From positions 1,472,136 to 1,536,135 of the forward strand of contig JBJBDC010000001.1 in NCBI GenBank assembly GCA_047285535.1: a stretch of 64,000 bases of DNA, read 5' to 3'. Below the pieces are notes generated by a model. That model was given only the letters and a program-made list of their open reading frames with translations, was not told the DNA's origin and did not search any database. The position numbers were made by a program, and so were the translations under genes. Source of the stretch: Synechococcus sp. Lineage in GTDB: Bacteria; Cyanobacteriota; Cyanobacteriia; PCC-6307; Cyanobiaceae. Of this stretch, positions 56,499-64,000 are shown one piece after another. Numbering within the stretch: position 1 is the first letter of the stretch; every line of letters starts with the position of its first letter.

Positions 56499-59400
56499 AT
56501 GACAGTGACCGCCAGTAGCGGCAGCCCAAGGGTCACCCCTCAGCTGTACGACACCCTGCCGCTCTCCAGTCTCCGTCAGGCGGAACAACAAGACCGCTTT
56601 CCAGACGGGGGTGAACTCGACACCCTGATCACTTTTTTCCGGAGTGGGAACGACAGGATTGAGGCTGCGCGCCTTCTTGCTGCAAACGCAGAGTCAATCG
56701 TTGCTAGGGCCGCCAACAGAATTTTTGTGGGAGGAACACCTCTCTCATTCTTAGAAGCGCCTCTAAGCACTGGCGATGAAAACATCAACACCACCACGCC
56801 ACTAGCCGCGGACCAAGCTGCTTTTCAGGCATCTGTTCAGACCTTCACTGGAGCTCAATCCAGTAGTAAGCGCGGCAATTTATTTACTCGTCTATTTCAG
56901 GGCAATGATGAGGGCGATGTTCGCGTCGTTCTACCAACTGGTTTCACCGCCATCAGCGTTGCCAAGTACGGCCCTGGAAAGATGCGGAAATCAGTACGCG
57001 ACCTGGGATGGTTCTTGCGCTATGTGGGCTACGCCTTGGTGGCAGGTGATCCAAGCATTCTCGCTGTCAATACTCGTGGATTGCGAGACTTGCTTGAAAA
57101 AGGATGCTCCCTGCTCGCGACGAACGTGGCTTTGCAAGAAATGCGTGCAGAAGCTTCTGCTCTTCTTCGAGACCGCCCCGAAGCCCGTCGACTCACCATC
57201 GAGTGTTTCAACGTTCTGCTTAAAGAGCTATCTATTTCAACCCCTTCCACCCGTCAGAAGTTAGGCAGTTCCGTTAGCCAAGGACTGCAACTGCCAGCGA
57301 TCTATGCCTTAGCAGCAGAGTCTGCTCAGCGGTTTGACATGCGTCCAGGGCTCTCAGGCGCTGAAAAAGCAGAGATTGTGCGCGCTGCTTATCGCCAAGT
57401 GTTTGAACGTGACATCGCAAAGGGTTACTCTCAAACTCCATGTGAATTAGAGGCTAGTCAGCTCATCCAAGGCAAATTATCAATGCGCGAATTTATTCGC
57501 GCGCTTGGAAAAAGCAAGGAATATAGGGCTCAGTTTTATGGACCATTTGTCAACAGCAGAGTAGTGGAACTGGCCTATAGGCATTTTCTTGGGCGTGGCA
57601 TCAGTTCCATCGAAGAGTTTCGAAAGGCTTTTTCGATAGTTAGTGATCAGGGGCTCAATGGACTGATCGATGTCCTCATCAATGGTGCGGAATACTCACA
57701 AACCTTTGGCGAGGAAACAGTTCCATATCTACGTGATCTTGGCGAAGAGGCACAAGAAAGCGCAGGCTGGGGATCCAATCGTCGCTTGTTCAGATTTAGT
57801 GCCCCTTTCGAGGGATCACCGCAATACATCACTCTTTACGCGTCCTATCGCCAACCCCTAAGCGACCAGCACGTTTACGGTGGCGGCAATGACCCTATTG
57901 GCAACCAATACGGCGCCATTTTTCCTTCTGCCACTGCTTCTGTATCTACACGCCCTGCACCCTTCGGATACGACACCCGCAGACTTTTAGTCAGCAATGG
58001 TTTGGCCCAACCGGGCCAAATGGACAGTCCCCAGTTCCGCAGTAGCCAACCACGGAGTGTTGGGCCCAAGGTGGTGAGATTGCAGCAGATCGCCACCGGT
58101 GGAAACTCAATTCCGCGACGTGGAGGACAACCAAGTGTTCGTTCAACCGAAGTCAGTACTCAAGCTGTCATCAAAGCGGTCTATGTACAGATCCTTGGGA
58201 ATAATGGTTATGCAGGCGAAAAGTTAACCAGTAATGAGAACAAACTTGAAAATGGTGATATCAATGTACGGGAGTTTGTTCGTCTCGTAGCACGATCCAG
58301 TGCATTCCGTCGGCGTTATTGGGAAGGCCTCTACATTGCCAAAGCCATCGAGGTGATGCACCGCCGTCTTTTGGGAAGACCCACGTTTGGCCGTTGGGAA
58401 ATCGATGCCCTCTTCGATACGGCAGCTCGAGAAGGATTCTACGGTCTAATTGATGCTCTTGTGGGCAGCAAAGAATTCTCTGAGTGCTTTGGTGATGACA
58501 CTGTTCCATACGAACGCTTCATCACCCCAAGGGATCTGACTAGTCGACGTGCGCCGACATGGAAAGAGCCACTCAATCTTGAGGCTCAAAGTCAATTCAG
58601 GCAAAGCCCAAGACCAGAAATCAAATCAGATCACAAATTTAGATCTTCAGGAGATATTACGCCTAGGAATCTCCAACCCAAAGCTAACAGCACCACTGAC
58701 TTCTGGTTGACAGCCTCGCCACCTCGCCAAACCGATACACGTGAAGCTTCATTCTCTATTACCAAACCTGACAGCACTCCAACGACCCAAAAAGAACCAA
58801 CATGGGCAAGGAAAGTAAGCTTCAAGGGTTCAGCTTCTCCTGAGATCCCTGGAGCGCGACTTAGTAGAGCACTAGATGATCAGGATTCTGCTGGCTTTGC
58901 CAGCAGAATTGGCATCCCTTCCTGGATCGAGCTTAAGGCTCCTTTCACTGAAGAAGAATTGAAAACTGCAGTCGATGCAACCTACCGACAACTCCTGAAT
59001 CGGGTGCCTCTCGATCATGAGCGGCTGATCAAAGTTGAATCACAGCTGCGCAACCAAAATATTAATTTGGCTGACTTCATAGAAGCAGTGGCGCTGACCG
59101 ATACATTCCAAGATCGGCTCTCGCGCATCGCCCCCCTTCGTGTTGCGTCTGCGGCAAGTCTGGCATTACTTGGTCGTGCGGCTACCCCTTCAGAAACAGC
59201 TGAATTCCTCAAAGACCGGGCCAATAAAGGGCAACGTCATGCCATACGCAACATGATGAAGCGTCGAAATACTGAAGATTGCAATCGCCTTTTGCAGATC
59301 AAACTCGGATCATTCTCTGGGAAGACACCATTCAATGATTTAAATAAAAACAGAGCAGAAAGAATACTTGCGCCCACTCAACTCACCAGCGGTCCGCAAC

Positions 59401-60050
59401 TTGAAGCCTTAGTTTTTCCCTCTACCGATACACCACTATCAACGCAACGCACCAGCGCCCAAACGAAAGCAATTTTAAAACAAGAAGGGCCAAATACTAA
59501 GCTTTCGAGTGCTCTTCAGACTACAGATGCAAGTGGCTTTGCAAGGAGAGGAGGAATTTCCTCACGCATTCAATTAAAACCTCCATTTACCGAAGAAGAG
59601 CTAACAATCGCGATTAATGAGACTTATCGACAGCTACTTAACAGAATCCCTTTGGACGAGGAGCGACTATCTTCCGCCGAATCACAATTACGCAATGAAG
59701 ATTTGAACCTTTCAGGTTTTGTTAAAGCCATTGCCATAAGTGACGCCTTTCAAAACCGCTTATCCACCATGTCTCCACTTCGATCAGCAGCGGCCGCAGG
59801 ACTTGCGCTTCTGGGACGCGCAAGTACACCTTCAGAAGTTTCAGAGTTTCTGAGGATTCGCGCACGCGATGGTCAACGGGAGGCAACTCTTTACTTCCTA
59901 GACCAAAGGAATCAAGACGAGGCCGATGATGTCCCCAGAATCAAAGGCATGACCACTGCTCCGGGACAAGACCAAGCCACAGTCATTCGGACATCAATGC
60001 TCTATAGAGGAAATGCAGGACTAAACCCGCCCACTAACCAACCCTTATAA
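56499..60050 (+). CDS. apcE: Phycobilisome core-membrane linker LCM with four REP domains
   Basis: MTVTASSGS start, phycobiliprotein domain (RDLGWFLRY, chromophore Cys in KGCS) and four linker repeats. Confidence 0.96.
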   Translation: MTVTASSGSPRVTPQLYDTLPLSSLRQAEQQDRFPDGGELDTLITFFRSGNDRIEAARLLAANAESIVARAANRIFVGGTPLSFLEAPLSTGDENINTTTPLAADQAAFQASVQTFTGAQSSSKRGNLFTRLFQGNDEGDVRVVLPTGFTAISVAKYGPGKMRKSVRDLGWFLRYVGYALVAGDPSILAVNTRGLRDLLEKGCSLLATNVALQEMRAEASALLRDRPEARRLTIECFNVLLKELSISTPSTRQKLGSSVSQGLQLPAIYALAAESAQRFDMRPGLSGAEKAEIVRAAYRQVFERDIAKGYSQTPCELEASQLIQGKLSMREFIRALGKSKEYRAQFYGPFVNSRVVELAYRHFLGRGISSIEEFRKAFSIVSDQGLNGLIDVLINGAEYSQTFGEETVPYLRDLGEEAQESAGWGSNRRLFRFSAPFEGSPQYITLYASYRQPLSDQHVYGGGNDPIGNQYGAIFPSATASVSTRPAPFGYDTRRLLVSNGLAQPGQMDSPQFRSSQPRSVGPKVVRLQQIATGGNSIPRRGGQPSVRSTEVSTQAVIKAVYVQILGNNGYAGEKLTSNENKLENGDINVREFVRLVARSSAFRRRYWEGLYIAKAIEVMHRRLLGRPTFGRWEIDALFDTAAREGFYGLIDALVGSKEFSECFGDDTVPYERFITPRDLTSRRAPTWKEPLNLEAQSQFRQSPRPEIKSDHKFRSSGDITPRNLQPKANSTTDFWLTASPPRQTDTREASFSITKPDSTPTTQKEPTWARKVSFKGSASPEIPGARLSRALDDQDSAGFASRIGIPSWIELKAPFTEEELKTAVDATYRQLLNRVPLDHERLIKVESQLRNQNINLADFIEAVALTDTFQDRLSRIAPLRVASAASLALLGRAATPSETAEFLKDRANKGQRHAIRNMMKRRNTEDCNRLLQIKLGSFSGKTPFNDLNKNRAERILAPTQLTSGPQLEALVFPSTDTPLSTQRTSAQTKAILKQEGPNTKLSSALQTTDASGFARRGGISSRIQLKPPFTEEELTIAINETYRQLLNRIPLDEERLSSAESQLRNEDLNLSGFVKAIAISDAFQNRLSTMSPLRSAAAAGLALLGRASTPSEVSEFLRIRARDGQREATLYFLDQRNQDEADDVPRIKGMTTAPGQDQATVIRTSMLYRGNAGLNPPTNQPL

Positions 60051-60670
60051 TCAACAATAATTGATATTTAGAATCCTATAAATAGAATTCAATAAAATAA
60101 CCAGTCAAATTCGACATCCTCACCAACTGAGCGTGTCACATTCGACTCCCCTGTCCACCTCAGCGAATAAGTTCAAATCACATCAATATCCCTATCAAGA
60201 TCATCCAATCACTTCAAAACCTTCGCCATGCCTCAGACAACGCGACATGGAAAGCCCAACAAGAAAAAAATCCCATAGCGAAATAGCTTCATATCACTTT
60301 CAAGAAGCCTGAGAGAATCTTTCCAGCTGCATATTTTTAAACAGCAAATTTTTAATCATAAACTTCTCGCCGTAAGGAATCTCACTGTCGACGCGGCAGC
60401 AATGAAGATCTGTTACCGATTCAGAAGCGATTCTTGAGGTTGTTGGACAATAAAGCCGCGTAAGTTGGATTTGGCCACCGCCATTCCCAACTTCGCTGAG
60501 AAAGGTCAACAGATACAACATCTGCACCCTTTTCAGCGTGGATTTCCAGTCCAACCCCCAAGCCGCGCTTAAGCTGCTTACAGATCTCTCAAAGAGATCG
60601 CCAAATTCACCCAACATTCACCGGCATATCGGCCTCCTTCGGGCGGCCGCTTGTTTCGAGGTAGAACTGC

Positions 60671-61156
60671 ATGAGCATCGTCTCCAACTCGATCATCAAC
60701 GCGGACGCCGAAGCCCGCTATCTAAACCCTGGCGAATTGGACCAGATCAAGTCCTTCGTCAGTGGAGGACAGCGTCGCTTGCGTGTCGCACAGGTTCTCA
60801 GCGAGAGCCGTGAACGCATCGTCAAAACAGCAGGCGGCCAGCTGTTTCAAAAACGTCCTGACGTCATTTCCCCTGGTGGCAATGCCTACGGCCAGGAGAT
60901 GACAGCAACCTGTTTACGAGACATGGATTACTACCTCCGTCTTGTTACCTACGGCGTAGTTGCTGGCGACGTCACTCCGATTGAAGAGATCGGCGTGATT
61001 GGGGCCCGTGAGCTTTATCGCTCTCTTGGTACACCTCTTGAGGCAATGGCTGAGGCCGTGCGCGAAATGAAATCAGCTGCCATGAGTCTCCTCACGGGCT
61101 CAGATGCCGAAGAGGCTGGCTTCTATTTCGACTACGTGATTGGCGCCCTCGCCTAA
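60671..61156 (+). CDS. apcA: Allophycocyanin alpha subunit
   Basis: [17 protein letters not shown]...[11 protein letters not shown]. Confidence 0.98.
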   Translation: MSIVSNSIINADAEARYLNPGELDQIKSFVSGGQRRLRVAQVLSESRERIVKTAGGQLFQKRPDVISPGGNAYGQEMTATCLRDMDYYLRLVTYGVVAGDVTPIEEIGVIGARELYRSLGTPLEAMAEAVREMKSAAMSLLTGSDAEEAGFYFDYVIGALA

Positions 61157-61198
61157 ATCAACGGAATCACCCACCTTCCACGCCACTTCATCTGATCC

Positions 61199-61687
61199 AT
61201 GCAAGACGCGATCACCAACGTCATCAACAAGTCGGACGTTCAAGGCCTTTACTTGGACACCAACTCCATGACAAACCTTGAGCAGTATTTCACCAGTGGT
61301 GAGCTGAGAGTCAAGGCTGCCGCCACCATTAGTGCTAACGCGTCTTCGATCATCAAAGAAGCCGTAGCCAAGTCGCTGCTTTACTCGGACATCACCCGTC
61401 CAGGCGGCAATATGTATACAACTCGTCGTTACGCGGCTTGCATCCGCGATCTTGACTATTACTTGCGCTATTCCACCTACGCAATGCTTGCAGGCGATAC
61501 ATCGATCCTTGATGAGCGTGTCCTCAATGGTCTAAAAGAGACCTACAACTCTTTAGGCGTGCCGATTGGGGCAACAGTTCAAGCGATCCAAGCCATGAAA
61601 GAAGTAACAGCTTCCTTGGTTGGTCCTGATGCAGGCAAGGAGATGGGTGTCTACTTCGACTACATCTGCTCTGGTCTAGGTAACTGA
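61199..61687 (+). CDS. apcB: Allophycocyanin beta subunit
   Basis: [10 protein letters not shown]...[15 protein letters not shown]. Confidence 0.98.
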   Translation: MQDAITNVINKSDVQGLYLDTNSMTNLEQYFTSGELRVKAAATISANASSIIKEAVAKSLLYSDITRPGGNMYTTRRYAACIRDLDYYLRYSTYAMLAGDTSILDERVLNGLKETYNSLGVPIGATVQAIQAMKEVTASLVGPDAGKEMGVYFDYICSGLGN

Positions 61688-61888
61688 ATGCGACTCTTCA
61701 AGGTCACAGCCTGCATCCCCTCACCGGAAAAGGTTCGTTCACAGCGTGAACTTCAAAACACCTTTTTTACGAAGTGGGTTCCGTATGACAGCTGGTTTGC
61801 TGAACAACAGCGAATTCAAAAACAAGGTGGCCGCATCATCAAAGTTGAACTTTGTACAGGTGGCCTTCAAGTCAACGTTGGAAACTGA
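61688..61888 (+). CDS. apcC: Phycobilisome small core linker Lc7.8
   Basis: MRLFKVTACIPS...RELQNTFFTK...EQQRIQKQGG. Confidence 0.97.
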   Translation: MRLFKVTACIPSPEKVRSQRELQNTFFTKWVPYDSWFAEQQRIQKQGGRIIKVELCTGGLQVNVGN

Positions 61889-61916
61889 TAGCCAAATTGC
61901 CGAATTCCATCGTTCA

Positions 61917-61940
61917 AGCCCGGCCTTCGCCGGGTTTTTT
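61917..61940 (+). terminator. Terminator after apcC
   Basis: AGCCCGGC-CTTC-GCCGGGTT followed by a U-tract. Confidence 0.8.
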
Positions 61941-62008
61941 GTTGTCTTGGCTTGGCAAAACGTTCAGATGACGGCTGAATAGGTGTCGGACTATTTATCT
62001 TCTTTCTC

Positions 62009-63262
62009 TTGAGCGACACCAGCGTGACCTCCAGAAGGAGCCAACCCACGCAGAGGGGGGCGTCGAGACGCTCTAAGAACTCACCAACATCACCAACTGA
62101 TGCACGTGCTTTATTTGGGCGATGGTTACCTCTCGATTGGTCACTCTGGCCAACAGAGGCAAGACTCCTGCTCAGCCTTACGGCCATCTGGTGTGTTGCT
62201 GGACTGCTGGTGTTGGCTTCAGCTAGCTGGTGGGTTGCCGCCCGAGAACAGGGAGAAGGTGCTTACTACCTAAAACGTCAACTGGTCTGGATGGTGGCCA
62301 GCTGGAGCCTGATGGCTTGTGTTGCCTCAACAACTCTCAGACGCTGGTTAAAAATTGCAGGCCCAGGCCTCTGGGTCGGCTGCTTGATGGTTGCAGCCAC
62401 ATTGGTCATGGGCACAACTGTCAACGGGGCGAGTCGCTGGCTCGTCATCGGTCCAATCCAGATCCAACCATCAGAGTTGGTTAAACCGTTTGTGGTCCTC
62501 CAAGCTGCCAATCTCTTCGCCCATTGGAAGCGGAATGCACTAGATCAAAAACTGCTTTGGCTAGGAAGCTTCGCAACCCTGGTTCTGCTCATCCTCAAAC
62601 AACCGAATCTGAGCACCGCAGCGCTGATCGGTCTTTTGATTTGGCTCATGGCCTTTTCAGCAGGGCTTCCTTTAATTCAACTTTTTGGAACAGCACTCGC
62701 TGGAGGTCTACTTGGAGTTAGCAGCATCCTGATTAATGAATATCAGCGGTTACGGGTAATCTCGTTTCTCAATCCATGGCAAGACCCCCAGGGCGATGGT
62801 TATCAACTGATTCAAAGCCTTCTGGCGATTGGATCAGGGGGGATTTTTGGCCAGGGATTCGGATTATCAACCCAGAAACTGCAGTATCTACCGATCCAAA
62901 GCACAGATTTCATCTTTGCTGTTTACGCCGAGGAGTTTGGTTTCGTTGGATCTGTGATGTTGCTGTTATTTCTCATGCTGATGGGCTTTTTAGGGCTTCG
63001 TGTTGCTTTGCGCTGCCGAAGCAATCAGGCAAGACTGACAGCGATTGGATGCTCGACGCTTCTGGTTGGACAATCACTGATGAATATTGCAGTGGCTTCA
63101 GGTGCAATGCCCACAACGGGCCTTCCTTTACCACTCGTCAGCTATGGGGGGAATTCACTGCTCTCCAGCATGGTCACTATTGGGTTGTTAATTCGTTGCT
63201 CTTTGGAATCCACCGGATTAATCGGTGGCCGCAGCCAGCGCGATAAGCGTCGACGTGGATAA
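62009..63262 (+). CDS. ftsW: SEDS family cell division protein FtsW
   Basis: GASRWL, IQPSELVK, QPNLST, GYQLIQS, TDFIFAV and LPLVSYGG motifs. Confidence 0.93.
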   Translation: MSDTSVTSRRSQPTQRGASRRSKNSPTSPTDARALFGRWLPLDWSLWPTEARLLLSLTAIWCVAGLLVLASASWWVAAREQGEGAYYLKRQLVWMVASWSLMACVASTTLRRWLKIAGPGLWVGCLMVAATLVMGTTVNGASRWLVIGPIQIQPSELVKPFVVLQAANLFAHWKRNALDQKLLWLGSFATLVLLILKQPNLSTAALIGLLIWLMAFSAGLPLIQLFGTALAGGLLGVSSILINEYQRLRVISFLNPWQDPQGDGYQLIQSLLAIGSGGIFGQGFGLSTQKLQYLPIQSTDFIFAVYAEEFGFVGSVMLLLFLMLMGFLGLRVALRCRSNQARLTAIGCSTLLVGQSLMNIAVASGAMPTTGLPLPLVSYGGNSLLSSMVTIGLLIRCSLESTGLIGGRSQRDKRRRG

Positions 63263-63300
63263 GGTAAGACTCTCTTAATCCCGGCATCACCGGTACAACC

Positions 63301-64000
63301 ATTTCCTCACTCGAGCTGGCACTTTCCGATCTTGCCCGCAGTAGCGAGCAACTTCTCAACCATGCTCTACAACAGCCAGGTCCTGTGACCGTGGCTCTGG
63401 TCTTTGCCGGAGGAGCACTAACCAGCCTGGGGCCATGTTCCCTTTCTCTATTGCCAATCACAATCGCCTACCTAGCAGGCTTTGAGAACAAACAAAAGCC
63501 TTGGCAACGCAGTTTGTCTTTTTGTGCTGGGATCGTTGGCGCACTAGTCACTCTAGGCAGCCTGAGTGGCCTGCTTGGACGCATTTATGGTCAAGTCCCA
63601 GGATTAATTCCAACAATCGTTGGCGTTTTAGCGGTGGTTATGGGCCTCAATCTTCTCGGGATTGTTCGGTTGCCCCTTCCTGCTGGACCAGACCCGATGA
63701 ACTGGACGCGCAAGGTGCCCTCTCCTTTAGCCCCTGTTGCAGCAGGATTAGCTTTTGGGCTTGCAGCTTCTCCATGTACGACTCCAGTGCTAGCCGTTCT
63801 GCTCGGCTGGATTGCCAGTACAGGGCGTCCTCTTCTTGGGATGGTGATGCTGACAAGCTTCGGGATCGGTCAAGTGCTACCCCTTCTGCTTGCTGGTAAT
63901 TTGGCTGCATCTCTGCCGCGTTTGCTGGCGTTGCGGCCCATAGGCCGATGGATTCCACCCATCAGTGGTGTCGTACTGCTAATCACCGGTGCTCTCACAT
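63301..64000 (+). CDS. ccdA: Cytochrome c biogenesis protein CcdA (partial, start uncertain)
   Basis: Manual frame-1 translation: GALTSLGPCSLSLLPITIAYLAG...AASPCTTPVLAVLL; both Pro-Cys motifs present. Confidence 0.9.
   Translation, partial: MSSLELALSDLARSSEQLLNHALQQPGPVTVALVFAGGALTSLGPCSLSLLPITIAYLAGFENKQKPWQRSLSFCAGIVGALVTLGSLSGLLGRIYGQVPGLIPTIVGVLAVVMGLNLLGIVRLPLPAGPDPMNWTRKVPSPLAPVAAGLAFGLAASPCTTPVLAVLLGWIASTGRPLLGMVMLTSFGIGQVLPLLLAGNLAASLPRLLALRPIGRWIPPISGVVLLITGALT

Noticed and set aside
60300..60617. 105-aa minus-strand ORF between apcE and apcA
   Set aside because: TTG start, no motifs, and it overlaps the probable apcA promoter and leader.

Overview
This window is from a marine picocyanobacterium, most likely Synechococcus subcluster 5.1 (phycoerythrin-type linker, apcEABC, two atp operons, psbV, petF). 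Most of it is conserved core: oplaH, nagB, spoIID, rnz, prmA, serA, tRNA-Val, murD, rpoZ, pyrR, gpmI, secG, groESL with a CIRCE operator, nadDE, ald, the atp genes with the ATPC RNA motif, ftsW and ccdA. Four AT-richer accessory patches interrupt it. (1) feoAB plus an orphan ORF at the left edge. (2) An Mpe-type phycoerythrin linker with a hydrophobic C-terminal tail, plus a DUF1330 gene, after psbV. (3) A small lipoprotein after murD. (4) A ~4 kb cassette after ald carrying a stand-alone ThcOx/SagB-like flavoprotein without the catalytic Lys-Tyr motif, two tandem small membrane proteins sharing an IVFWLRF motif, a single-TM low-complexity protein and an IsiA/Pcb antenna gene. Also notable are a cluster of DnaA boxes upstream of the DUF2811 gene with no dnaN/dnaA nearby, a four-repeat ApcE, and a transaldolase-family gene with fructose-6-phosphate aldolase signature residues. 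All calls come from reading motifs by eye; no searches were run.
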